NCBI GenBank assembly: GCA_000388065.2
Contig: KB932208.1
DNA: 64,000 nucleotides
Source: Fonticula alba ATCC 38817
Lineage: Eukaryota > Protista > Nucleariida
Reading direction: 5' to 3' (one strand)
Shown here one piece after another: positions 12,149 through 25,077 of this stretch (positions are counted from its first letter, which is position 1; each line of letters starts with the position of its first letter). The translations under genes and the position numbers were made by a program. The notes beneath the pieces are model-generated. The model was not told the origin of the DNA, made no database searches, and saw only the letters and a list, made by a program, of their open reading frames with translations.

Positions 12149-14691
12149 ATGGGGGAGGGGGGCGGAGCAGGAAGAGGAGCGAGGAGCGAGGGGCACACAT
12201 GGCACGCAGGCATGCGCCAGCATACACCAGGTCAGTGGGAAGGCACACGAGTGATTGGATGCCTGCCGATCGTCAGTGCCCCAGCCTGCGATGGAGGGCC
12301 ACATAGCGTACCTGACGAGCATCTCCGCATGGCGGAGCTCCGGCTTCCAGATGAGCTTCAGGTTCGGCTGCGCCTCGATGTACTCGCGGACCTTGCTCGA
12401 GGGAACAATGCTGGATACAAGCACAGCCCCGAGGGGGCGACCAGGAGCAGAGGGGCACACGAGGGCACGTCCATGTGCAGACATGGCCACGCACGCACAC
12501 ACACACACACACACGCACGCACACGTCGTCATTGTCCCCCGTGCAGGGGGGGGGGAGGAGGGAAAGCGCAGCAGGAGCGTGTCAGGACCATGCACATGCC
12601 GCCTTGGCCGCCCTCCCGGGGGCTGCATAACAATGGATGGCGAGAGCCAGGACAGGCCGCCGGTCAGAGAGCGGCCAAATGCACGCACCTGTCCAGGCCC
12701 GACAGGAGGACCACCGTGTCAAGGTGCTCATGACGCTCGCCGGTGGCGACATCCTTGGCGTGGAGACTGCGCGTGGACAAGTCCTCCAGCCACAGCGAGC
12801 TGGAAATCCAATCGAAGTGCCGGCCAAGCGAGTAGGCGATATGGAGCTCGCGCGCCGCGCCATACCGCATGATGGCCTGCTGCCAGTCAACCGGCACACG
12901 GTGCAGGAAATTGTGCGCCACATCCGACAAGCAAAGGAGGAAGCACACCGGGTCCAGGAGCATCAGCCCGGCCACGCGCTCCGGGTGCAGTCGCGTCATC
13001 CAAGAGCAAGTGACTATATGGCGTCACAGCCCGGTGGCGGGGGCACGGTCAGTTTCACGGCCAAGGCCCAGGCAACCGGACACCGGAGGCGGAGGGGGGG
13101 GGGGGGGAAAGAAAGCAGGCAAGCCGAGCAGAGGGCCGGCAGGCCCCAAGGGCAACAGCGCTTGAACGGCCCAACAGGCCGGCATCAACGCACGACTTCC
13201 AATACTGTGGCCGATGAAGAGGGCGCGAGTCCGACGCCGGGTCGACGAGGCCCCGCCGGCCCCACGGGCGGCTGTGACGGCCCGCTGTGCGGGTGCCGAT
13301 GTGCCGGGCGCCACGGCAGTGGTCGTGGCGTCGGTCGGGCTGTCGGCATCGGCATCGGCATCGGCGGTCGGCGCGTCGAACTCCGACTCCAGCAGGGTGT
13401 CCAGGTCCCGGACCACCTCGCGAGCGGTGGGGTTGGCGTCCCAGAAGAGGCGCTGGGAGATTTGCGGCAGCTCCAGCGCCACGAAGCCCCGGCGCTGGGT
13501 CTTGGCCAGGCCGAGCAGGCGCCACACAACCAGGAAGTATGGCACCAGGCCCAGGCCGATGCCGTGGACAAAGACAATCGGCGTCGAGGGGGCCGGCTCG
13601 GCCGGGGCACCGGCCGGGGCACCGGCCAACGCGCCAGCCGGCTTGTAGATCCAATAGTACACACAGCCACAGCGCTTGGACTCGAGCCCGGCCCGACGCA
13701 GCACATGCGAGCAGAGCATCCGCACGAGGCTGACCACCGCATACCACACCAGTGGCCGGTGATGCACGACCACCGGGTCCAAGGACAGACGAAGGGTCCG
13801 CACCCCGGGGGTCCGTCCTGGCGGGAAGGTCCAACGTGTTTGGGTTTCAATTCGCTTGATCCAGGTGTCGACTTGAGCCTGTGTGTTCGGCGGCGAGGGC
13901 AGGGGCTGGGAGTCAGTGATCCGGCGGCCGGCCATGCAGGCACACCTGCCAGGCTTGGTCGGCCTCCCGGGCATGCGCATGTTGCCCCACGCAGGGGGGG
14001 GGGGGGGGGGGGGGGGCGAAGCAGGAAAGGGGCGCCTGGACACGCACCAGGCCCACCGGCGAAAGCTCCGACATCTCTGATCCCCAAAAGGCCCAGGCCA
14101 TCCAGTCGCCGAGATTGTCCCGTCCAATGGTCTCGAACGGGGCACCGAAGAACCAGTCGGTCAAAAACTCCCGCGCCTTTTCGGGCCGGCTGTTCCCGGA
14201 AAGGGCATACACCCGATTGAAGGTTTCGATGCGCTCGGCGTCGGTGCGCGCGCCTGGCGTCACGCGCCAGTTGTACTCGATCAAAATCAGCCGGCAGTTG
14301 AGATAGTGGCCGATTTCGAGGCAGCACCAGATGTCCACCAAAACCAGCAGTGTGGACATGATGAAGGGGAAGCCAGCCAGCTGCACGTGGATTCGGCCGC
14401 CACCGGGAGGGGGGGGGGGCGGGAGAGGGAGATGTAAGCGACAGGGCGGGCGGTGGTCGGGTCAATGCCGGGGCCGCCGGGGCCGAGGCCGGTGATGGTG
14501 GGCATTTCACGCACCCCGCCGCCGAAGTAGCGGAAGGAGAGCCACAGGAAACTCAGTGGGATGGGCGAAAAGCGCAGGAGGTACTCGCCGAGCTTGGTCA
14601 GGCCCAGGGCCATGAGCTGCTGCAGGCCGGGCGGCGGCACGGCCGTCGTGGGCGGCAGCGGCCCTGGCTTCTCGCTGGTTGATAGGGCCAT
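12025..14691 (-). CDS. Alpha/beta-hydrolase fold protein (fungal/protist HGIGxG-GHSxG family) with an N-terminal hydrophobic segment
   Basis: About six exons giving TDWFFGAPF...DWMAWAFW, PIVFVHGIGLGLVPY, FIGHSIGS (nucleophile elbow), LLDPVCFLLCLSDVAHNF, ELHIAYSLGRHFDW and VVLLSGLD. Stop TAG at 12027-12025. Confidence 0.82.
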
Positions 14692-16599
14692 GGCGTGCGT
14701 GTCTGTGTGTGCGTGCGTGCGCGCGCGTGCGTGTGTGTGTGCGTGTGTGTGCGTCTGCCGTGCCGGCGCGAGGGGCGCTGGAAGTGCAGGCGGATGGGCG
14801 TGCGAGGGTGCGGTTGCCGTCCCAGGGGAGAAGGGCAGGGGCGAGGGGTGATCGGTCGGGGTCTCGACGTCCGACGGCGGCTGTGGCGGCGATCGGTCGA
14901 AAGGGCATCGGTGAGCATGTGCACAAGCAGGGGCGCGGATGGGCAAGCACGGGCTTGGGCGAGCGCACCTTCGAAGCCTCAGCCGTGCTCCAGGTGGTGC
15001 GTGCAGCGTGGGAGTCACACAGCAGGGGAGGGCGAGGGGAGGAGCGGAGGAAAGAGCAGGGCGAAGCGGGGCGAGGCGAAGGAGGGCGCGAAGTGAGGGA
15101 TCGAGGCTTGCTGGCAGGGGCTTGGTGGGTCGGCCCTCAGGGGAGCGTGAAAAGTGTGCGACCGACGCCGGTGCCGGCGAATGTATGCCTCCCACCGGGG
15201 CTGGCGAGTGTGTCAGCTGGCAGGCGATCGTCCGGGCTCAGGCGGTGATATGGCAGGCCGCTACGGGAGCAGGCCCGGGGACGGCCGGGGGCAATCGGGC
15301 CGGGAGGGGGTGGCCGCGGGTGACAGTGCCCCGAGCAGCGTCCAACGGGCGTCGAGGAGGCTGTGATGTAGGTGCCGCCCGCTTGGCAGGGGGGGGGGGG
15401 GGGGGGGGGGGGGGGATGGTGTGGGATGTCCGTTCCAAGTCCGGGACAAAACACACACACACACACGCACATACACCTGGGGCGGAGACGGGGCGGGGGC
15501 CGGAGACGGGGCGTCAGGGCGGCAGGGCGGCAGGGCGGCAGGACGGCAGGGCGGCAGGGAGGAAGGCTGAAGGGGGCGGAGGTGCGAGAGCAACTCGCAT
15601 GGACTGGCCGGGGCGCGCAGGCAATGGGCCCGGGATTGGGTCAGATCGCCGATGAACACTTTGGCCACTGCGCCCGGGCCCGCCCGCCTTGCTGCGGGCC
15701 GCGGTGCCGGGGCCGGGCACATCGATCGGGAGCGCCTCGCCCTCTCCGCGGGCCGGGGGACCCCCTGCATCCGGTGCTGGCGCCATGTCAAAATGGACCT
15801 CCACACTGGTGGAGCCGTCCGTGGATCCTGCGAAGGATGCGGGGTGTGCCTGTCTTGCCTGCCCGCCGCAACTGCCTGTGCCCTGGAGGGCGGCCGAGCG
15901 GCCGGGCGAAGAACGTGGGGGACGCACAATGGCCCGCGATACAAAATCCCGCAAGCTAAGGCTGATGGCAAGCCAGGAGACCCTGGCGCAAGGCCGGCAG
16001 TGTCCCGGCCCCGGCCCGGCCCCGGCCCCTACTCGGGCAGGGTCCGAAGCGCGCAGTCACCCGGCCCATCCGCAGGCAGACGCGGCGGACCTAATTGCGG
16101 CGCTTGGCTCTCCTTAACAGAGGGCGAGTGGGCGCCGGGGCGCACCCTTCCGGCGTTCCGAGCCGTGTCCACGCGCGGGCCGGGGGGGGGGGGGGGGTGT
16201 TCGTTCCCGGCGACCGGACCCCCCCCCCCCTCACCCCCACGCCGTGCATCTGACAGGTGTGAAAAAGACCTCCCCCCCCCCCGCCCCCTCGCCAGCACTA
16301 CCCCCTGCCCTAGCTAATCCCGATCGCCTGGCCCCCCCCCCCCGCCCCCCGCTGGGACGTAACCCCCAGCGCGCCTAGTCACGGAGTCACCTGAAACACC
16401 CGTCCTCCGGGCCGGCCAATCTGCCCATCGTCATGCCTCACACCAAGGCCGGGGCGCGCTGAAGGTCGTTCCCCTCCCCTGCTCCCCGCGCCCGTCCATC
16501 CGCCCGACACACAGGCGGGGGGAGAACGCCCCGAGGTGGACCCGCGCCCGGGCGCAACACGGCGCTCCCGAGGGACACGCCCGGCCGCGCAGGCGAGCG

Positions 16600-17346
16600 C
16601 GGCCGCGATGGCTGAAAGAATGACACCTCGTGGTCATCACGTGGTAGGTCACACGCTCGTCTCGAAAATGTGCGTCTTATTGGCCCCGGCCAGCCGCGCC
16701 GGGGCGGACGGTGCTCACACATCGCCAATGTTGGAAAGGATGCCGGAAACTGTGCGCAGTGCGTGCGTGGACAAGACCGCCGTCCCCCGGGGGCCACCCC
16801 GCGACAATCCCCCACACGAGACGGCGGAGAGAAAGGGGGCAACGAGAAAGAGGGAGAGAGAGAGAGAAATGGAGCGAGTGGTGTTAAGAAAAACGAGCAA
16901 ACAAACAGGATCCCCGCAAAGAGGTGCAAGAGGGGGGAGAGGGGGCGGGAGGCGCGACAGAGAGGAGGAGGAAGGGGATGCACGTACGTTGCCGCAACAG
17001 GGTCAGAGTGGCCCGGATGACCAGCAGGACCTGCCGCGGATCGAAGGACTCGCCGGATTGCGACTGCAGCAGCAGGGCCACCAGGGTGAAAGGCCGCCGG
17101 GCCGAGCCCACCCACACCCGGGCCCCGGTCTCGAGGGTGCTCCATGTGGAGGAGGGAGGCGCCGGGCCGTGCGACCCCCCGGGCGCCAGCGGCGACCGCC
17201 GCGAAGGCTGGTGGTGCCCGAGGCCGGCTGGGCCCGAGGAGCCAGGAGCAGGCATGGCCGAGCCCCCGGGCCCACCAGCGCCGTCTCCCCGTGGCCGCGG
17301 GGGCTGCCCGCTGCGCCAATCGGCCACGAAGGCCGGTGCTCCGGGA

Positions 17347-17397
<51 letters not shown>

Positions 17398-17909
17398 GAG
17401 TGCTGCTCAGGGGGCTTGCTTCCGGCGCCGGCGCCAATGCTAGCCGGGCTGGAGTGGGACCGAGCGGCGGCCGCGGCGACTGTCGCGGTCTGAAGTCCCG
17501 ACGACGTTGGCAAGCCAGCCAGTCGGGCCGGCTCCGGGCCGCCCGGACTCATGGGGCCGCTCTGGCCTAGGTAGGCCGAGTGCAGGCGCGGCCCGGCCCC
17601 GATGCCGGAAGCCGTGCCCGGCAGATCGCGTGCATGCTGGCTGGCCGCCGCGGCCGCGCCCAAATACGCGGCAGCAGGCGACGAAAGGGCGACCGAATCG
17701 GCGGCCGTCGAGTGGTGCTGGTGGTGCTGATGGTGATCAGATGGCCCGGGCCCACTGTGCAGGCCACCGGCAGGCGAGCCGAAGGGCCCGGCATGCCCGG
17801 GGCCGGCCCCAGGCCGGCCGATGCCATTCAGGCTGAATGACAAGAGATCGGTCGAATCATTTCCAAGGGCATTCACTGGGACCAGGCAGGCAGACGGCGT
17901 TCCCGCAAA

Positions 17910-17953
<44 letters not shown>

Positions 17954-19612
17954 GAGGAGTCCAGGTTAGGTGGGGCGAATGGAATGGCGCGAAAGGGGCG
18001 GACAGGGGAGGGTCCACGCACGGACGTCGTCCGCCGCCGAAACCGCGGCGCCCAGGTTGGCTTCAATGGCCATGACATCGAGCGGCGGGGCATTGGAATT
18101 GCCCCCGGCCCCGGGGGACCCGCTGGCCCGGGCGATGTGTGCAATCCGCCCATGGTGGAAGAGGAGCACATTATCCAGGATAGGTGCTGCATCGTAGACT
18201 GGAGAGCGCGCGATGGGCATGGACGAGGGGGAGCGGGGCACATTTTGCGACAGAGCACAGGCATCAGTCAGGCCAGAGGGAGAGGAAGCCACACGGATGA
18301 AGGCATGGCAGGAGGAAGAGCGGGGAGGTAGGCCAGTGCAGGAAGGAGCACAACGCACGCTCGGTGACCGCCGTGTACATGGCACTCATGATGGACGCGC
18401 GAATGTCCTGATCGAAGGCATTGAACACACGCAGGTTGACAGCAGAAAAGCCATCAGTGGCATCCGGGCCGCCCTTTGCGAAGCGAGCCACGAAGTTGGC
18501 CAGGAAGGAGCGCGCCAGCAGGCTGAATGGCTGCGCATGGCACCGCGGCGGCAGCGCCGAAAAGTGTTCGGGCGCAGTCAGCGGGGTGGCCGAGTTCAGC
18601 AGATAACTGTGGAAGGGCAGGCCCAGGTGATGAGCACCCGGGCCGCCGGCAAGGGGTGCCAGGAGGTCGGCCGCTTCCGGACCGGCAAGGGCAGGCGCCG
18701 AGGCATTCGCCTCGGGCGCCGCGCCGGCCCCGGCCCCGGGCCCGGCCCCGGCAACCGGCCCCGGATCGACCGACCCCTCGGTGGCGGCCGACCCGCGTCG
18801 GGCCGCATACCGGCTGCTGGCGGCCGCCGTCTCGGCATAAATGTCGGCCTCATCCTCGGACAGCTGGGACTCCGGCTGGAGCCCGGAGGGGGCCGGGTAC
18901 GGCCGATTCGGCCCGGCCGAGGGGACATCCCCCCCGGTCGTCGGGCCCGGCACCAAGAGCGACCGGTCGTGCTCGGCATCCAGCGCAGGATCGAAGTCGT
19001 CGTCATCCGCGAAGAGGGCACAGGCCAGCCCGGAGTCGGGATCCGTGGTCACCGACACCACCAGGCGCTGGAAGCGCACCACTCGGATGTTTTGGTGCCC
19101 ATGCGTCGTGCGCCGGGCCAATGTCAGCAGAGCCACAATCAGCGATCCGGTGAGAGTCGGCTATGTTTGTGTTTGTGTGCGTGTGTGCAGGGAGAGAGAG
19201 AGAGGGAGAGGGGGGGGNNNNNNNNNNNNNNNNNNNNNNNNNNNNNNNNNNNNNNNNNNNNNNNNNNNNNNNGGGGGGGGGGGGGATGCATTCGCATATC
19301 AGCTCCTGCGACCCAGTCGACCATGGCGTCGCTGGACCAGCAGCCAAGGACCATGGGCCGGGCACAGCAGGTCGGTCATTTTCGCCCAGGGGGCATCTAA
19401 AAAGCAGACCAGGAGGCAGGTGCAAAGGGCGAGAGAGTGGAATATCCGGGGCGCTTCTCAAGGACAGGATGCACTTCGGCGTCGCGTGTCTGCGCGTGCC
19501 GGAAAGGGCCGCGCCTCGCAGATCTCGCTACAGGGCACGGGTCTATCTCCCCGAGCGGTGTTGCTTGCGCGTCTACTTCCCCCCGCTCCCCCCGCTGCTT
19601 CCTGAATGCCAT
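16600..19612 (-). CDS. Multi-exon hypothetical protein with low-complexity (Q/H/A/G) inserts; possible longin-like segments
   Basis: Coding-like exons at ~19120-18350, ~18250-18020 and ~17890-16985 (includes a poly-Q tract), separated by GT-AG introns with poly-C or (CT)n. Both ends are uncertain. Confidence 0.5.
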
Positions 19613-19649
19613 CTTGCCTGACAAGATGAAGAACCCCGGGGGCCGGGGC

Positions 19650-20390
19650 TTAAAAGGACTGGGGACACTCTTGGACCCGCTGCTGAAGCGCGGCCGCCTC
19701 CGGTCGGGTGGCATTAAATACCAAGGGCGCGCCACCTGCGCCGCCGGCGAACTCCCGCATCGGCGGGGCGACAACGATGTTGCCCAAATCCGGAAGGGTA
19801 TCGCCGACATCCCGGTGCAAGCGCTGCTGCATGACCAGCCGCTGGTGGTACCGCAAGATGGCCTCGGTCAGATCGATGGTCGTCGAGCCGGCAGGCGCAT
19901 CGGGGCAGGCCTTTTCCACGCCATGGCCCGAGGCGGCCGAGCCACGTCGGCTCTGCGACACCTGGGACAGGAGGAAGTCAATGCGCGCGGCGTTCGAGCC
20001 GACGGGGCCGCCCCCGGCCGGGCGGCCGGAGGTCGGGCCGATGGCCAGCGCGGCCAGGGTACTCCCCGGCCCGGCGGTGGCGTCCATGTCGGCGTAGCCA
20101 TCGCGCAGCCGGCGTTCGGCCACCGTTTCGTCCATGTGAAAGTGGCGATTCAGGACCACGCGCCTTTGGCGGGCCTTGATGAATATCACCACCAGGATGA
20201 CGATCGACAGGACCATGAAAAAGCCCAGGATCCCCAGGAGGATGGCCGCCAGCTGGGCATCGGACCCGGTGAACATCCCGTCGTTGGCCCCGCCATTGCC
20301 CTTGATGGTGGGCGGTGGCCGGGTGCCGGACGGCCGCGGCTCCGGCTCCTCGCCCGCCAAGCGGTCGTACTGCGTGGATGCATCGGGTGG
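19650..20390 (-). CDS. Single-pass membrane protein, hypothetical
   Basis: ORF with one strong transmembrane segment (LAAILLGILGFFMVLSIVILVVIFI) followed by the basic stop-transfer KARQRR. Stop at 19650; the start may be in an upstream exon. Confidence 0.6.
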   Translation of the reverse strand, partial: PPDASTQYDRLAGEEPEPRPSGTRPPPTIKGNGGANDGMFTGSDAQLAAILLGILGFFMVLSIVILVVIFIKARQRRVVLNRHFHMDETVAERRLRDGYADMDATAGPGSTLAALAIGPTSGRPAGGGPVGSNAARIDFLLSQVSQSRRGSAASGHGVEKACPDAPAGSTTIDLTEAILRYHQRLVMQQRLHRDVGDTLPDLGNIVVAPPMREFAGGAGGAPLVFNATRPEAAALQQRVQECPQSF

Positions 20391-21477
20391 ATGTGGTGTC
20401 CGCGGGCGGGCGAGTGACCCATGTGGCGGAGGAACGCGTCAGTTGGCCTGCTGTGCATAGGACGCCGCACTTGGTCGACCGAAACGCACATCGAGCGACA
20501 CATCTCCCGCCGCTGCGTCGAGCGCCACCGGCGACCTGCGAGCCGCCCACCGGATAAGCTGATCCAAGATGGGGCTATTCATTGGATGGGAAAAAAATGG
20601 GCATATGTCGGGGCATGAAGACAAGTGTCTCTGCCATTCGGCGATCCAGAAGGGCCCGCGAGGGAGGGCGCTTGTCGGACAGCTGCGAAGGGCTCGGCAG
20701 CCAACGAGATCAGACAGCGGTCGGCAGGGCAACGGGAGGCGAAGGGGCAGGAGGGTTGGGGAGCTTTGACCGTCGGGGCCACCAGACCCACCCCCAATAG
20801 CGGGTAATTTATATCCGCCCGGAGGAGACGTGGTGGCGAATCCCCCCCCCCCCCCCCCCCCTGCCAGCGTCACTCGACCGAGCACTGCCGACATCTGGGG
20901 CGCACCGGTGGGAGGGGCGGCCGGCCCCGATCTCGCGCTTGGTGCTGGCCGCCTCAGGAGGACGGTCGTCCCCAGGCGTGCCTCCTGGTCGCCCACTTCC
21001 GTGGGTCCGGGGCCTCTTGCCCCACGATCAACCGCGAGCCCGCCACTGCCAACGCAATGGCCGATCGCCCGGTCGCAACACCCGGATCGCGGACGCCCCG
21101 CCCCGTCTCGGTCGGGGGCGACATCGCGAGACCGCGGGGCGGCTGGGGCGGGGGGTGTCCGAATGTGGTCCAGGATTGGCCGCGAGACGGCGCGGTTATG
21201 GGGGCAGAGGGGGGGGGGGGGGGGGGGGGGGGGGATGGTGGGCAGAGCAAGAGCAGCATGCAATTTGGGGGGATATATTCTTGGGAGAGAGTGGTGCTGG
21301 CGGCAGCAGAAAAAAGAGAGAAAGAGAGAGGGAGGGAGGGAGATCGCGCAAACAGGCGGGAGGCATGTCCGTCTAATGGGGGAGGGATGTGCCTCTGCGG
21401 GGGGCGCGAGCAGGCACAGGGCCGCAGGGATTGTGGCCGAGTGCACCCCCCCGAACCCCTGGGAGCTCCCCCGCCGA

Positions 21478-21690
21478 TCAAGAGAAGACCCAGTTGGCGG
21501 CCAGGATGTAGGCGCCGACGAAGACCGCGCCACCGGACGCCAGGGTCATGGCCGTGCGGCCGATCACCTTGACCGGAGTCGGGATGCTGGACAGGATGGA
21601 TGGCTCGGAGGGGGCCGCGGCGCCTGCCGAGCCGGACACCGCAGGCAGGACACTCGTCAGCGCGTGCAGGAAGGAAAGCAGCAGCATCAC
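21478..21690 (-). CDS. Short hypothetical exon/ORF with hydrophobic C-terminus
   Basis: MLLLSFLHALTSVLPAVSG...AMTLASGGAVFVGAYILAANWVFS-stop, with strongly C/G-ending codons. No family recognised. Confidence 0.35.
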   Translation of the reverse strand: MMLLLSFLHALTSVLPAVSGSAGAAAPSEPSILSSIPTPVKVIGRTAMTLASGGAVFVGAYILAANWVFS

Positions 21691-21721
21691 ATGGAAGGGC
21701 GACTGCCGGAGGCGGGTCGAA

Positions 21722-21757
<36 letters not shown>

Positions 21758-22170
21758 NNNNNNNNNNGGGGGGGGGAGGAGAGGATGGGGTTGGCATTCT
21801 CGGCCAGGGACGCCTCGGCCCCCCCCGAGCGCCCCCTAAATAGATCGGCACCCCGGCGTGATCTTTCAGCAATGCGCCGGGCGTCGCGCCACCATGGCGG
21901 CGCTGCCCACGCATTGCCCCGATGCGGCCCCAGCCCGAGGAGCTGCGGGGGAGAAGAAAAAGGCCCGGCGCACACCGACGGGGCCAGAGGCGCGAAAAGG
22001 ATCCGCGCCAGGATCGCTCCCCCCCCCCCCCCCCCCCCCCCCCCGAGAGTGCTTTCCCCCGGCGATCTCCCCTCCATCCTCCCCCACCCGCTGCTTGTTC
22101 CTCCCTCCCCTCCCCCCTCCCTCCTGCCCGCCTCAACCGCCGCGCACAGGGACGACGATGTGCCGGCAGC

Positions 22171-24256
22171 ATGGCCGATAGCGTCCTTCCTCTTCTCGTG
22201 GTGTCGACCCCGGCACCGGCTGGGTCGGCCCCCCGGCCAGCCGTGTGGCTGTTGCTTCCCGCCGCCACGGTGCCAGCCATGGCCGCATCGGCCACCGACA
22301 CTGTTGTCGGGCCACACTGTGCACGCTTCGGCCGGAGCGCCCAGTGTGACATCCCCGTGGCCGGGGACGCGCACATCAGCCGCCAGCACCTGGCCTTCTG
22401 TGTGACGCGCACCGCGTGCCCCCCTTCCCCGGACCCTGTCGCGCACTTGGCCCCGCTCCCCGGGCTTGTGGTTTTCGACCTGGGCGGGTGCAATCCCCCA
22501 CGACACGCCAATGGCCAGGGGCTGGTGGCGCGCGGGGACCGCCGGGGGGTTCGCTTCGGCTCCTTGACGGAGCCTCTGCTTGTCGGCCTGTCCAGCGTGG
22601 CCTTTGGCCGGGCGCTGGTTCTGGCCCGAGCACCGGTCGAAAGGCTGGGCCTCCTGGATCCCGTTGTCCCCGGCCAGCCGGACGGTCGATCGGACGTCGG
22701 GTTCACACATCTGGTTCTAGACGCCCCGGAGCTGTCGCTGGCCGCTGCCAGCCAGGCCCCCCTCCAATTGGCTGCCATTGCCATGGTGCATGCCTCCGTC
22801 CTTCTTTCTTCCTTTCCCTCCCTCCCTCTCTCCCTCTCTCTCTCTCTCTCTCTTTCTCTCCCGCTTCTCTCGCTGGCTTGCTGACTCGCTGCACGTTTTC
22901 CCGTCTGACAGACCCTGCTGTGCGCACGCGCCGGCGCGCCCGTTGTCGCTGAGGCCTGGCTCGAGGGAAATGGAACCGGATCCTCCACGCTGGCGCGGTC
23001 TCTGAGCCCGGCATCCGAGCACCCGGTCCAGGTGACCCTGCTTGGAGGTGAGGCTCTGCCGGTGGACCGATTGCCGATCGCCGCTGCCGGACCCGGGGCC
23101 CTCCCCTTGGCCGGCCTGGCCTTTCACCTGCCACGCCTCTCGCAGGCCTTTTCCTCCATGTCTCTGACATCGCTCCTAATGTCCGAACCGGTGGGTCCCT
23201 CCCTTTTGCTCTGGTCCATCCCCACTTTCCGGCCGCCTTCCCCCCCCCCCTCCAATCCCTTCGTTGTCCGTCCTCAGTCTGCTAACCGGCTCCTTGTCCC
23301 AGCTGCTTCTTCTTTTGGCCAGCACCCTCGAGCGACTTGGCGCCCGGCAGCTCGATGTCTCGGATGTCGGGGCCCTGGGGCTGGAACACTTCTTCGTCCC
23401 GGCGGCCGTGCTGATGGTCTCCGCTACGGTGGGCCACTACTCAATGGGCACCCCGCGGGTTATCATGCCGATTGTCGAGTGCTTGGACTTCCTCCTGCGC
23501 GATGTGCTGCCTGAGCCCCTTCAATCGCTGCAAGCCGATGCATCGGCGGGTGGCGGTTCCTCCCGGGTGGAATCCCAGCCGACGGCGGCTTCCCCGGCCG
23601 ACTCCCAACGGCTGACCGAGCAGCTGGCCGAGCTCCCACCGGGGCTGCTTCCCAATCCGGCCCCCGGCCTGGCGGACGAGCCGATGGACCATCCGCCGCC
23701 CAAGCTCCCGCCCAGGCTGCTGGCGAGGCGCTCCCCGGAGCCGGAGCCGGAGCCGGAGCCGAAGCCCCAGCAGCCGGTGCATCTCCCCCCGAAGCCCATG
23801 GCCAAGCCGCTGACTGAGCCACGGGTTGGATCGCTGCCCAGGTCACTGCCTCAACCACCATCACACGAAAGCCCGGTCCAAGGATCGCCCCAAGCCCCCG
23901 ATCGAATGCCGCACTCTTCCCATCCCGAGTCACCTGGTGGCCGGCCCGCTGACCCCGGAGATGAGGCGCCTGCTGGGCCGGCGTCATCGCCCTCGCCAGC
24001 GCCAGCGCCAGCGCCATCGCCATCGCCATCGGCTTTGATGTTCGCCGCTTCGCCTCCGATGTCGGGCCTCCCCCCCCATGCCATGCCGGACACCCTGGCG
24101 CCCTCTTCAATGGAGGCTGACCCGGCCTCCGGCTGGCGCCCCTCGTACGCATCCCCTGCCGGTCGGATACCCTGCCTACGAAACCGGAAGATTTTCAAGA
24201 AGCGCCGGCCGATCCCCCTGCCCCGGACAACTGGGCGGCCCTCCCCCCTCCCCTGA
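22171..24256 (+). CDS. NBS1: Nibrin/NBS1/Xrs2-like protein (FHA + tandem BRCT + Mre11-binding-like motif)
   Basis: FHA motifs FGRSAQCDI...HISRQHL...VFDLGGCN. BRCT-like GFTHLVLD...|TLLCARAGAPVVAEAWL resembles NBS1 CTHLVM...TICALICGRPIVKPEYF. C-terminal RNRKIFKKRR resembles the NBS1 KNFKKFKK motif. Exons 22171-22785, 22912-23190 and 23301-24256, all phase-0 GT-AG. Confidence 0.72.
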
Positions 24257-25077
24257 CGCTCCCCGACTTCCAAGGGCATTCACTGGGACCNNNNNNNNNN
24301 NNNNNNNNNNNNNNNNNNNNNNNNNNNNNNNNNNNNNNNNNNNNNNNNNNNNNNNNNNNNNNNNNNNNNNNNNNNNNNNNNNNNNNNNNNNNNNNNNNNN
24401 NNNNNNNNNNNNNNNNNNNNNNNNNNNNNNNNNNNNNNNNNNNNNNNNNNNNNNNNNNNNNNNNNNNNNNNNNNNNNNNNNNNNNNNNNNNNNNNNNNNN
24501 NNNNNNNNNNNNNNNNNNNNNNNNNNNNNNNNNNNNNNNNNNNNNNNNNNNNNNNNNNNNNNNNNNNNNNNNNNNNNNNNNNNNNNNNNNNNNNNNNNNN
24601 NNNNNNNNNNNNNNNNNNNNNNNNNNNNNNNNNNNNNNNNNNNNNNNNNNNNNNNNNNNNNNNNNNNNNNNNNNNNNNNNNNNNNNNNNNNNNNNNNNNN
24701 NNNNNNNNNNNNNNNNNNNNNNNNNNNNNNNNNNNNNNNNNNNNNNNNNNNNNNNNNNNNNNNNNNNNNNNNNNNNNNNNNNNNNNNNNNNNNNNNNNNN
24801 NNNNNNNNNNNNNNNNNNNNNNNNNNNNNNNNNNNNNNNNNNNNNNNNNNNNNNNNNNNNNNNNNNNNNNNNNNNNNNNNNNNNNNNNNNNNNNNNNNNN
24901 NNNNNNNNNNNNNNNNNNNNNNNNNNNNNNNNNNNNNNNNNNNNNNNNNNNNNNNNNNNGCGACCTCAGGGGGGAGGCGCGGGGAGCGAGAGGACCGAGG
25001 GGAGGAACGGAGTCGCCGAACGGGGCAGCCCAGGCCGAGGGGGGTCAGAAAGTTGCTCGAGCAGAAAGGAAGGCAAG

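Noticed and set aside
24268-24290. 23-bp exact copy (TTCCAAGGGCATTCACTGGGACC) of 17861-17883
   Set aside because: It sits exactly at a gap edge, so it is most likely a scaffolding or gap-fill artefact. There are no TIR, TSD or other mobile-element signs.
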